Source: an uncultured Chloroflexia bacterium (GTDB lineage Bacteria > Chloroflexota > Anaerolineae > CG2-30-64-16). Taken from it: a stretch of DNA of 64,000 bases. Below the pieces are notes generated by a model. That model made no database searches, was not told where the DNA came from, and worked only from the letters and a program-made list of their open reading frames with translations. Position numbers and translations under genes: made by a program. Positions 50,199 through 59,763 of the stretch are shown here, in pieces (positions within the stretch are counted from its first letter, which is position 1; every line of letters begins with the position of its first letter). The stretch is from contig CAWEMM010000006.1 of the NCBI GenBank assembly GCA_963810095.1, positions 800,001-864,000 of the forward strand, read 5' to 3'.

Positions 50199-52052
50199 TC
50201 ATGGACACGCAATCCGTGCGTCTGCGCCGAGTGTCACCTGCGTACGGCACTCCCGGAAGCTGAACGTGAGGGGCCAGCCCGCAGTGCCCGCCTGCTTGCG
50301 CACATACAGCTTGTACGGCTCGGCCGGAACTCCGGCCGGCAGCCGGTAGCGGAGCGTAACCGTGTGCGCGGCGCCCGGCGCCAGGACAAAGTCGCCGCTG
50401 AATACTGTGGCGCCGCCCTCGCCCGGCTCTGTGGAGGGCGAGTTCAGCCCTTCGGCCGCCAACAACTCACTCCCCGCGGGTGCGAAAACGCGCACGTAGT
50501 CCCAGTAACAGCGGGCCGCGAGTTCCGCATAGTTGGGGCCATAGTCGAGGCTTCGTTCACATTTGGAGTCGGCCTTGGCGGGGGCGGTGTGCGTGTAAGT
50601 GATGGTGAGGGTCGCCTCCAGCCCGCCTGACAGCTCCTGCACCCGGTAGTCGAGCGCCTGCTGGACGAACATGTTGGCCTTGTCAAAGCCCACGTTGCTG
50701 TCGACGACGGACAGGAAGTCGCTGGCGGCAGGCACGCGCACGGCGCCGTCCCAGCCTTGACGGGCAAGCAGCGCGGCCAGCGTGGGATCGTCGACGGCCG
50801 CCTGGATGTGGCGGCCGTCGAGCGCGGCGTAAAGCGTGCGCGCCAGCCCGACCGTGTCGAGGTCGCCGCCGGCCTGGACTTTAGCCAGGGCGGCTTTGAC
50901 AAGCTCGCCCATGAAGTCCTTGCGCTTGGTCCACCAATCGCCGGCCGCGCCGGTCTCCAGGGCCGCACCGCCGGCAGGACTTTCCCAGGCGGCCTTCATC
51001 CAGCCCAGCGCGTTCTCGCCCGTCACGGGCTCGGCGATGCCCGGCACCTGCAGGGGGCCGACCGCGCCGACCAGTTGGCGCACGGCTTCGAGATCGAGCG
51101 CGATGGCGCCGTCCGTCTCGATGCCCCGATCTTGCGCGTAGAGGGCGCGTGCGACGTCGGCCGAGCTTGGGAAATCAGGAGACCAGTTCGAGTCGCGCAG
51201 TACCCACAGGTCTGCCGCCATGTACTTGCGCAGCGCAGCCGGGGGCTCGGGGTGCGGCTGTTCCCAGTTATCCACCGCGTAGCTGTCGGTGAGCACCAGG
51301 TCCGTGAGCTTGCCCCGGTCGAGGGTCACATGACCCGCACCGCTGATGAAGCCGCCGGTCGCCCGCAGCTCGTCGCTGTTCTGCGCCAGCAGCAGATAGG
51401 TGCGCGGCCCGCCTGCGCCCAGCAGCTCGGGCGCGGCCTCGACCAGCGCCAGGCCGTCCTGGGCGAGCGGGAGCAGCTTGTCCAGCTTCTCTACCTGGCT
51501 GATAAGCCGCGGCTCGGCAAGGGGCGGCAGCTCGGCCCGGAGTTCCGCCGCGTTCGCCAGCCGCGCCCGGGCCTCGGCTACTGCGGGCTGCGCGGCCTCC
51601 AGCGCCTCGACGGCCTTCGGCAGGGTGTCCAGCCCCCCACCGTCTGCGACCAGTTGGCCGACGGGCGCGAGGGCATCGGAGGCGAGCCGGGCGGCCGCGG
51701 CAAACTCGACCGCCAGCTCGACCAGCTTGGGTGCTGCCACCAGGTCGGGCCCGAAACGGGGGGCCCAGCCGAGCGCGGGCGCGATGCGCAGGAATGGCCG
51801 GCCCGCCGCTTGGGCTTCGACGAGATGCGTCTGCAAGCTGGCCAGGTCAGCCTGCGCCTGGGGTAGGGCCGCCGCGGAGGGGTCGGCAAGAAGGCCCTGC
51901 AGACGATCGAGATCGTCCAGCGCGGCCCGGGCATAGAGCGCCGTGCGTGCGGCGCGCCAACCCAGCCATGCCAGGAGAGCAATGGCCGAGATGATCAGCG
52001 CAAGCGCCAGCCAGCGATTCAAGCGGCTTGGTCGGGAAGCAGTTTCGGGCAT
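50199..52052 (-). CDS. DUF4012 domain membrane-anchored protein
   Basis: Motifs YLLLAQNSDELRATGGFI, RDSNWSPDFP, DGAIALD, N-GFDKAN; N-terminal TM helix. Confidence 0.85.
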   Translation of the reverse strand: MPETASRPSRLNRWLALALIISAIALLAWLGWRAARTALYARAALDDLDRLQGLLADPSAAALPQAQADLASLQTHLVEAQAAGRPFLRIAPALGWAPRFGPDLVAAPKLVELAVEFAAAARLASDALAPVGQLVADGGGLDTLPKAVEALEAAQPAVAEARARLANAAELRAELPPLAEPRLISQVEKLDKLLPLAQDGLALVEAAPELLGAGGPRTYLLLAQNSDELRATGGFISGAGHVTLDRGKLTDLVLTDSYAVDNWEQPHPEPPAALRKYMAADLWVLRDSNWSPDFPSSADVARALYAQDRGIETDGAIALDLEAVRQLVGAVGPLQVPGIAEPVTGENALGWMKAAWESPAGGAALETGAAGDWWTKRKDFMGELVKAALAKVQAGGDLDTVGLARTLYAALDGRHIQAAVDDPTLAALLARQGWDGAVRVPAASDFLSVVDSNVGFDKANMFVQQALDYRVQELSGGLEATLTITYTHTAPAKADSKCERSLDYGPNYAELAARCYWDYVRVFAPAGSELLAAEGLNSPSTEPGEGGATVFSGDFVLAPGAAHTVTLRYRLPAGVPAEPYKLYVRKQAGTAGWPLTFSFRECRTQVTLGADARIACP

Positions 52053-52057
52053 GCGTC

Positions 52058-53630
52058 CTATTGAGATGAGCCAAGTACGGGCGCCAGGACCCCGGACGGC
52101 GGAACCTTCGCGCCGAGCCGTAGGGGCAGGCCTACGTCCGCGGTAGCGTAGACCGGGCGCCGGGCAAGCCAGCCTGGAATCAGCTCTTCGAGGCCGGTGA
52201 CGTCGTCTCCCGATGGTAACAGATCGGGGTGCCTCTCGGCAAGCGAACGCCGGTACCAATCGAAACCGAAGAGACTGACGTTGACTACAGCCACATCGGG
52301 CCGCGCGTTCAGCCCGTACACTCCGTACCACAATGCAAAGGTCTCGCGGTCGGCGGCGGTGAGGACGACAGCGTTCGGCGCGGCGTCTTGGGCGCTGTTC
52401 GCCGTGGCCCGGGCCGCCAGGTCGTCCGCGGGGCTGTGCTGCTGCCACCGCCCCGCGATGGGGCCAACCACCAGCGCGGCGGCTGCGACGACGTGCGAGA
52501 GCGGCTGCCGGGCGGGGCTTGAGCGCTGCCAGGAGGCCGTCGAGTCCGGCGGCCAGCCACAGCGCCATAACGGCGAAGGCGGGAATCAGGTAAACGTCCG
52601 AGTCGGTCGAGTTGTACCCGATCGCGTAGATCGCGAACGCGGCCCAGATCAGCAGCGTGGTCAGCCACCACTGGGGCAGCCGCCGCTCGAGCCGCCACAG
52701 CCCGCCCAGCGCCACGACCAGGCCCCAGGGGAGGAATTGGCCCGCGGTTGTGGAGACCCAGCCGGCCAGCCGCGGGCAGCTCGGCCAGCGGCAGGCCGAA
52801 GACCAGCGGCGCGTAGAGCCTGCCGGTGACGACCCAGAGGAATCGATCCGGGGTCACCGGGTCGCCCCAGTTGATCGGCGGACGGCCCGACGCGGCGAGG
52901 GGCAGGTAGGCGTAGACCAGCAGCCCGGCCAACACCGCGAGCCCCGCCGCGCCCAGGTCGCGGGCCAGTCGCTTCCGCCCGCGGCCTTTCAGCCAGATCC
53001 ACGCGGCGAGCCCGGGCACCACGAGAGCGATCGTGATGTGGTTGCCAAGTCCAAGGCCGAGCGTTAGGCCGGCCAGCGCAAGCCAGTGCGCGGCCGGGCG
53101 GCCGGCGTCGACCGCTTCTCCCCACCGCCATGCCAACCACAACAGACAGACGCAGAGCAGCGCGTTGAGTGCATACACCTCGACGATGGTGGCCTGCCCC
53201 CAGACGAGGGGCGAGGCGGCCCACGCGAGCCCGCCGAGCAGCGCAGCAGCAGCCGCCGCGCCCGGTCGCGACCCTCCGGTCCGCCAGGGTCCGCCGGGCC
53301 AGGTCGACGAGCAGGGCCGACCGCCAGCGCCGCGCAGAGCGCGGACAACCAGGCCCCGGCCCGGGCGGGTTCGCCGCCGGCGAGCGCGACGAATGCTCGC
53401 AGAAGCAGCTCGTAGGTGGGGTAGCCGGTGGGATGCGGGACGCCGCCGGTCAACGCAGCTGCGAGCAGGTCACCGCCGTCGGCCCCGTTGTGCGCCCACG
53501 TCAAGCCGGGCGGCAACGTCGCGGCATACAGCGCGAGCGCAGGGCACCGCCCAGCATCGGAGCGAGGATTGCGGCGGTCCGCGGGCGGGTCACGCGCGGA
53601 CCGCGCCGGGTCGACCAGGGTTGGCTGCAC
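52058..53630 (-). CDS. DUF2723/TMEM260-like GT-C membrane glycosyltransferase, several frameshifts
   Basis: Motifs DGGDL...GVPHPTGYPTY, WGQATIVEVYALNAL, GLGNH, YAYLPL, INWGDP, DVYLIP, D..TFALWY. Confidence 0.78.
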
Positions 53631-53686
53631 GAACTGGCTACCTTATGGGAGGGATGCGCAGCCGCAACCGCTGCAACTGGCCACGC

Positions 53687-54374
53687 TTACCGCAGGCTCC
53701 CTCCAGTGGCAGGCAGCTGCGCCGGGGGCAGCCCAAGCGTAAGCGAGGCCGTCCGGGGCGGGCAGCCCGCCGCCGCTGCGCTCGCGCGGGCGCTGATGGC
53801 CTTCTCCGGACCCGTCGCCACAACGCGTGCGGAGTAGACCGCCTGCAGCCGGGCGCCTGGGTCGAGCGTGGGCGCGGACACGCGCAGAGTCCGGTCCTGC
53901 CACGTGCCGTTGCCGCTCAGGACGGCCACGGGCTCGAGGCCCGAGGCAAGCACATCTTCGAGCACGACGTCCCTGAACTGCTGCCGCGTCGTATTGGTCG
54001 AGCGTCGCGGTGAAGACGACGGTCGCGCCCGGCCACACGGCCTCACGGTCGGCGACCAGCTTCAGCGCCGATGCGGGCGGGCAGGCGGCGGACGTGGGCG
54101 CGGGCGCGGCGGGCGCAGGCGTGCTGCCGGGCACCGCAGGAACCTGGGTCGCCTGCGGACCTGAGGTGGGCGGCGCACCCGTGGGCGGCACGGCCGTATT
54201 GGCCGGCGGCTCGGTAGGCGAAATGGGCAGCGGTGTTGGCGTGCGGGTCGGAATCGTCTGCAACCATTCAGACTGACCGGGCGTCGCCCAGGCGGCCGGT
54301 GCCGCAAGCGCCGCGAGCAGTAGCACCGCACCTATGGCTCCATAGGCGAGAAAGCGCCATGTTCGTTTCATCAT
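53687..54374 (-). CDS. Secreted Pro/Thr-rich protein with a DUF11-like Ig domain ending in LPATG, frameshifted near 54000
   Basis: Signal peptide, PTRTPTP linker, PGATVVFTATL/TN..DVVLEDVL..GL, C-terminus QLPATGGSLR*. Confidence 0.72.
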
Positions 54375-54414
54375 GCCAACCTCCTGCCGGAACGCCGTGC
54401 ACGGCGCCCGGCCC

Positions 54415-55340
54415 TTACTTCTCCGGACGGGCAATCACCACCAGCCGGTGAGTGTTATTGGTCGGCGGCCAACAGGTAATGAGCGTGACCCGTTCGTCGC
54501 CCGTCGGCTGGATGTATTGCGCGTTGATTTCCCGCTGCTGCTGCGAGATGCCGGTGTCCTTCAGACGATAGAAATCGGTGATAACGTACTTATACTGCGT
54601 CCCCGAAGCGTCGATAGAGGAAGACTTCACGGCCGTCCAATGCGTCCGACTTGTCGGTGTAGTTGTCGACCTTCACCCGGCCATCGTTCTTCCAGGCCTG
54701 GCTGATCGGCATGAACACCTTCCCGTAGATGTTGTTGTGGCCCGAGATCACCAGGTTGCTCGCCTTGACCGATGCCCGCGCTGTTGAGGTGGTGGCCGGC
54801 GACGTTCTTGGGAATCACCCATTGCGAGACCGGCCCCGAGTTCGTCTGGACCACCTCCCAACCCATCTCCACCACGGGGGTGTCGATCTTCAGGTCGGGA
54901 ATGCTCAGCCGGACAGGAAGCACGGGCGCCGGCGCCGCCGTCGGCGAGGCCGTGGCCGTCGCCGGGACAGACGTCGGTGTCCGAAGTGGAGCAGCCGTCG
55001 TTGCGCGGCGAGTTGCGGGCGCGGCCGGCGAGGGCGCGGGGCTTGCAGGCAAGGTCGCGCTCCGGGTCGAGGTTGGAGCCGGTTTGGCCGAGGCCAACTC
55101 CGCGGCCGGAGTGCCCGCCATGGGGGCGCCCCCTGCCACCCTAGTGCTTGCGGGAGCAGCCAGTTCCAGCGCCATGCGCGTCGCCCGCGCCGACGCGGCC
55201 GCCGAGCCTTGCTCCAATTCAGACCGCACCTGCGCGGCCTGCACCTCAGTCCAGGCGAAATACCCCGCCACGATCAGTATCAACAGCAGGCCGATCCCCA
55301 TCAGGACCGTGCCGACGTTCCGAGTGCCATTCCGTCCCAT
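54415..55340 (-). CDS. Sortase (frameshifts near 54640 and 54765)
   Basis: N-terminal TM helix; LSIPDLKID, AGHH, SGHNN (His), VTLITCWP (Cys), THR (Arg). Confidence 0.85.
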
Positions 55341-55500
55341 TAGCAGCCTCAACCCGGCGACCTCGCGGCCCGCCGGCAAGTCAAATACGCGAGAGCATTA
55401 TAGCTTAACGCCCGGGTGTTCCACAACGATACGCGCCCGTGGCGGCGCGGGGCAGTCGAACATTTGACGATAACCCGGGGATATTTGGGGATACGTTCTA

Positions 55501-55551
55501 TTGCCGAACGCGAACAGCTGTGCTATTCTGTGGCTTACGAACAGCTGTACT
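55501..55551 (+). promoter_or_regulatory. Promoter with two LexA-type SOS boxes
   Basis: TTGCCG-17 nt-TATTCT; CGAACAGCTGTGCT (55511-55524) lies in the spacer and CGAACAGCTGTACT (55538-55551) downstream. Each matches GAAC-N4-GTTC at 7 of 8 positions. Confidence 0.75.
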
Positions 55552-55623
55552 AGTCATACCGTCAGGAGGGCGCGTCGATCCAGTGGCATGGAGCCGCGGG
55601 GCCGGCGTTTGGGAGCGTGAGCA

Positions 55624-56733
55624 ATGGCCAACAAGTACGAACTGCAGGCGGCACGCATCGAGACGGTGCTCGGCGCACACAAGGTGCCGGCGCGCGTGTG
55701 GCAGGCAAAGGTTACGCCCCGGTTCGTACGTTTCGACATCACGACGGCCGTCGGTACCCGCCTTACCAAGGTCAGCAACCTGGCGGAGGAACTCGCATTT
55801 TCGCTTGGCGTCCGCTCGGCCCGGGTCTACCGCGAGGGCGGCGTGCTCCACGTGGAGGTGCCGCGCGACTCCCCCAGGGCGGTAGACCTGGCCGAAATGT
55901 GCGGGACGCTGCCGGCGATGCCTCCGTACTGCGGCGTCCTGGGCATCGACGAAGGCGGCGCTCCGCTCCTGGTGCGGCTCGATAGCCCCGACGTAGCGCA
56001 CTTGCTTCTTGCCGGCACGACGGGCAGCGGCAAGACGGTTCTCCTGCGCACGCTGCTCGCCTCGCTCGCGATGCACAACCATCCCGGCATGCTGCAGTTG
56101 GCCCTGATCGACCCCAAAGGACGCGGTTTCGGGCCGCTGGGCGCCCTGCCCCACGTGTGGCGGGGCGGGGGCGTCGTCCAGGAACCCTCGGCCGCGGCCG
56201 ATCTCCTTGCCGCGCTCGTCGGCGAGATGGAGCGGCGGGATCGCGTCAATCGGAGCCTGCCGCGGATCATCGTCGCGATAGATGAGCTGGCCGACCTGCT
56301 GCAAAGCGGCGGGAAGAGCGTCGGGGAGTCCCTTCAACGGCTGACGCAGCGCGGGAGGGAGGCGGGCCTACACGTCGTCGCCGCGACGCAGCGGCCCGCA
56401 GCAACCCTGGTCGGCGGGCTGGTGAAGGCAAACTTCCCCGTTCGCCTCGTCGGCAGCGTCGTCAGCGCCGAGGACGCCAAGGTCGCGTCCGGCATCGGCG
56501 GCTCGAACGCCGAGCGGCTGCTGGGCCGCGGCGATTTCCTGCTCGTGGCGAAAGGACAGGTCATCCGCTTCCAGGCAGCCTACGCCGACGCCCGAGAACT
56601 GGCCGGCCTGGTAGCGCAGGTTCGGGCCGGCGGGCGCCGGCGCCGGGCGTGGCAGGCCCAGGCCTCGCGGCTAGCGTCGACTCCCCTACTGCCGGCCGGG
56701 AGCCAGAACGCAACGGGTTCGGGCGGCGGGTAG
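55624..56733 (+). CDS. FtsK/SpoIIIE-family ATPase (motor only; no TM or gamma domain)
   Basis: Motifs HLLLAGTTGSGKT, LIDPK, EMERR, IIVAIDE, RGREAGLHVVAATQRP, AERLLGRGDFL. Confidence 0.9.
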   Translation: MANKYELQAARIETVLGAHKVPARVWQAKVTPRFVRFDITTAVGTRLTKVSNLAEELAFSLGVRSARVYREGGVLHVEVPRDSPRAVDLAEMCGTLPAMPPYCGVLGIDEGGAPLLVRLDSPDVAHLLLAGTTGSGKTVLLRTLLASLAMHNHPGMLQLALIDPKGRGFGPLGALPHVWRGGGVVQEPSAAADLLAALVGEMERRDRVNRSLPRIIVAIDELADLLQSGGKSVGESLQRLTQRGREAGLHVVAATQRPAATLVGGLVKANFPVRLVGSVVSAEDAKVASGIGGSNAERLLGRGDFLLVAKGQVIRFQAAYADARELAGLVAQVRAGGRRRRAWQAQASRLASTPLLPAGSQNATGSGGG

Positions 56734-56836
56734 GCCGGAGGGACCGCCTCGCTCACGCGGGGTTGGAGGTTTTTCCGGCCGGCCGCCGCCGTGCCCCTAG
56801 AAACGGAGAACGTCTTTCCGGTTTGGAGAGTTCGTA

Positions 56837-57232
56837 GTGAAACGATTGGTACCCTTAATCTTGCTCGGTTTCGGCGTCGCCCTTGCGATCGTCATCGGGC
56901 AGCGGATGAGCACCGACGCAATGGCCGTGGTCATTGGCGTTGCGGTGGGCGTGGCCGCCAGTGTGCCCACGAGCCTGCTGCTGATTGCGCTGCTACGACG
57001 GGAACGCCAGTCTGCGCGTCCGGAGATGCCACACGACATGCCCTACGGGGCCTATCCGCCGGCGCTCCCGCAGCAGCCGAATGTCATCGTGCTGGATCCC
57101 AGCCAGCTTGCGGGGATGCGGGGCGCGCAGATGCATACGCCGCTGCCTCCACCAGAGTATGCGCCCGACGGTGGCATGCGCCGCCTGAGGGTCGTCGGGT
57201 CTGACGACGAATGGAACGGCCGGGAGTGGTAG
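56837..57232 (+). CDS. Hypothetical membrane protein (two TM helices, Pro-rich tail)
   Basis: GGAGAG RBS with GTG start; two hydrophobic segments; ends RRLRVVGSDDEWNGREW. Confidence 0.7.
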   Translation: MKRLVPLILLGFGVALAIVIGQRMSTDAMAVVIGVAVGVAASVPTSLLLIALLRRERQSARPEMPHDMPYGAYPPALPQQPNVIVLDPSQLAGMRGAQMHTPLPPPEYAPDGGMRRLRVVGSDDEWNGREW

Positions 57233-57283
57233 CGCATCGGGTGCGCTTCGCCCGCCGGGATCGTGATCACAGGAGGTTCTCGT

Positions 57284-57616
57284 ATGGCCGAAACCATCAA
57301 TGAAGTGCGGGTCTGGATGGCTCCGGACGGGTTCTATCCCCAGGCATTCCGCTGGGCAGGTCGCGATGTCCGGGTGCTCTCGGTCGAGGGTATACGGACG
57401 TGCGGGCCTGAGCGGCGCTTCAGCGTGCGCACGGTGGAGGGGGTTTACGAGCTGACCCAGGACACCCGGGCACACTTGTGGCGCATGCGGCGCAGCCCGA
57501 CCTGGTTCAGCCGGACGCTCGCTCACCTGGCCCAGGAGCCCCGCTATACGCTGCCCCCGTCGAGCCGGCGGGCCGGGCACCGGGGCCGCTCGCGGCTGCC
57601 TCGCACCTCAGTCTGA
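57284..57616 (+). CDS. Small protein, DUF6504-like
   Basis: AGGAGG RBS; PQAFRWAGR..RV.....RRFSVRT..GVYEL......W pattern. Confidence 0.6.
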   Translation: MAETINEVRVWMAPDGFYPQAFRWAGRDVRVLSVEGIRTCGPERRFSVRTVEGVYELTQDTRAHLWRMRRSPTWFSRTLAHLAQEPRYTLPPSSRRAGHRGRSRLPRTSV

Positions 57617-57652
57617 CGCTGTGGCTTGCGAGAGGCGAACCAGGAGGGACGT

Positions 57653-57889
57653 ATGCAGGCAGGGTTGTTGTGGTTCGATAGCGATCCGACGCGTCCGCTG
57701 GCGGCCAAGGCAACGGCCGCCGCTGAACGGTTTACCGAGAAGTTCGGCGTCTTGCCCGACGTGTGCTACGTCAATGCGCGCTCGCTGAAGGAGGAGGAAG
57801 TGGTGATTCCCTTTCACGAGGGCAAGCTGCGACTGACGCCGGCCAGCAACATCCTCGTGAACCATTTCTGGATTGGCTGCGGGAATTGA
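57653..57889 (+). CDS. Small hypothetical protein (78 aa)
   Basis: AGGAGG RBS; MQAGLLWFDSD...KFGVLPDVCYVN...NHFWIG. Confidence 0.7.
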   Translation: MQAGLLWFDSDPTRPLAAKATAAAERFTEKFGVLPDVCYVNARSLKEEEVVIPFHEGKLRLTPASNILVNHFWIGCGN

Positions 57890-57981
57890 GGTGTGCAGAC
57901 GCTAGGGCTTATGCAGATGTGCCGGTTGCTGGGGGACCGTCTCGTAGGTTATCCATGCAACCGGCCGGCTGGCGCAATCTG

Positions 57982-59049
57982 TTAGCCGGTCATAAGCTCG
58001 GCTAGAAGCACGTCCATCGCCTCGCGGTCGCTGAGCTTCCCGGTCTTGACCGCCTCGTCGGCCGCGAGTATATGCCCCAGCGCGTTTTCCAGGCGGGCGA
58101 AACTGTGGCGGTTTGCCTGGCTGACCATTCCCGACATCTTCCACTCGAAAATCCCGAGCGTTCGGGCGATCTCGGATTGCTTTGTCCCGGCCGCCTGCAG
58201 CGCCTTGAGTTGCAGCAGTTGGCGGTAGTGCCGTGCGATCATCGCCAGCAGGCGCAGCGGCGGCTCGCCGTCGATATCGAGGGCATGCGTCATTAGCCGG
58301 CTCGCAACGGCTCCATTCCCCGCGCCCAGGGCATCTACCAGGTCGAACACGCTGGCCACCCGGGTGGCCGGCACGAGCTTCCTCACGTCCTCCCGCGTCA
58401 CCGCCCGACCCCGGGCGTAATCGCCAAGCTTGATCAGCTCCTGGTCCAGCTGCCGCAGCTCGTCGCCCACGAACTCCGCCAGGTCCATCACCGCCGGCCC
58501 TTCCAGATTCACCTTTCGCAGCTGCGCGCGGTTCCGAATCCAGCCCGGCAGATCGTTCCGCTTCAGCTTCTCGCAGGTGATGATCTTCGCGCGCCCGTCA
58601 CGACTGAGGTCCTGCACCTTCCGGAATGCCTGGCCTGCCGCCACATCCTCCTCGACGAGGACAAGCAGCGTAAAGTCGGGAACCTGCTCCAGGTAGTTAA
58701 GAAAGGCCTTCACCTGCCCCTTCGGCAGCTCTGCCGGCGGGCTGTCCGCGTCGTCTGCAGCGCCCACCGCCTCGGCTGCCGCGCCGACCGCAGCTTCCGC
58801 CACCCGCGCTTTGCCTTTGGCCGGCGCGGCGAGGCGTGCGAGCAGGCCGTCGACGATGACCAGGCGCCGGTCGGCCAGGAAAGGCATGGTGCCGCACGCG
58901 TTCTCGAGTTCGCCGGCAGTCGCGATCCGGCCGTCGAGGCGCGTCGTGTTCAGATCGACCAGCTCAGGATCGTCCCCGCACGAGCGCGCCAACTCGTCCA
59001 GCGCTTCTGCGCGGAGGAGTTCGACCGGCCCGTGAATCAGGAAGATCAT
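57982..59049 (-). CDS. holA: DNA polymerase III delta subunit
   Basis: Motifs MIFLIHG, MPFLADRRLVIV, QELIKL..Y, VFDLVDAL, D..VKTG. Confidence 0.92.
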   Translation of the reverse strand: MIFLIHGPVELLRAEALDELARSCGDDPELVDLNTTRLDGRIATAGELENACGTMPFLADRRLVIVDGLLARLAAPAKGKARVAEAAVGAAAEAVGAADDADSPPAELPKGQVKAFLNYLEQVPDFTLLVLVEEDVAAGQAFRKVQDLSRDGRAKIITCEKLKRNDLPGWIRNRAQLRKVNLEGPAVMDLAEFVGDELRQLDQELIKLGDYARGRAVTREDVRKLVPATRVASVFDLVDALGAGNGAVASRLMTHALDIDGEPPLRLLAMIARHYRQLLQLKALQAAGTKQSEIARTLGIFEWKMSGMVSQANRHSFARLENALGHILAADEAVKTGKLSDREAMDVLLAELMTG

Positions 59050-59251
59050 ATAGCCTTGCTCATGTGTGAGCCTGCCCACGTGGGCGTGTGCACGTTCGCG
59101 TGTGCAGTCCCGCGCTTGCCTAAACCGATCTGCATCGGACGCTGATGTGGCTGATTATACTGATCTGCACTGTGCTCAGTGAAGAGATCGTGATGATCAA
59201 TCAGATCAGTTCAATCAGTGTCCAATTTCGGATCAGTTTAGGTGCGGCCTG

Positions 59252-59737
59252 CTACCCGATCAGCACCCGGTGCCGCGTCACCGGGCCGTCTTGCTTGACG
59301 ATGCCCGTAATGCTCAGTCCTTCGACGTGAGGACTGGTGGTCACATTCTCCTGCATCCAACGGCCGGCCGGCACGGCCACGATCAGGGCCAGCGTTGCCG
59401 CCAGCAGGGAGGCCGGGATGCGGTCAGCCCAGGAGCGGTTGCGTCCGCTGACGGCCAGCGTCGCCGCCAGGCCGGAAAGCATGCCGGCGGTCACGAGGTT
59501 GGTCCCGCAGTTTGGATGCACGGCAAGGGCCGATTCGCCTGCCTGCAGCCGCGCCAGCGCCTCCGACGACGCCGCTTCCACAAGGCCGGAGTCTACGTCG
59601 CCAAACAGGATGAAGCCCTGGAGATCGCTCCGGCCCACAAGGGAGATGCCAGGCGCCCGCTGGCTCAGCAGCGTGACGGTTCCATGCTCGATCGCGTGAT
59701 TCTGTCGTAACATCTGCCCAAATGAACGCTTCGCCAT
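59252..59737 (-). CDS. DUF6391-like protein
   Basis: Motifs RQNHAIEH, GRSD..GF, LAVHPNCGTNL. Confidence 0.7.
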   Translation of the reverse strand: MAKRSFGQMLRQNHAIEHGTVTLLSQRAPGISLVGRSDLQGFILFGDVDSGLVEAASSEALARLQAGESALAVHPNCGTNLVTAGMLSGLAATLAVSGRNRSWADRIPASLLAATLALIVAVPAGRWMQENVTTSPHVEGLSITGIVKQDGPVTRHRVLIG

Positions 59738-59763
59738 TACAGTCCTCTCTATCGCGCGCGGCT

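Noticed and set aside
2954-55340. About 16 frameshifted genes read as pseudogenes or programmed frameshifts
   Set aside because: The breaks hit core genes (purA, purB) and unrelated loci alike, both halves keep intact motifs, and no accumulation of in-frame stops was seen. Long-read indel error is the simplest explanation; read polishing would confirm it.
55457-55470. Third SOS box CGAACATTTGACGA
   Set aside because: Only the left half-site matches, which is too weak to call.
55624-57889. Integrative element or prophage carrying FtsK
   Set aside because: No integrase, relaxase, replication initiator, att-like repeats or phage structural genes are nearby.
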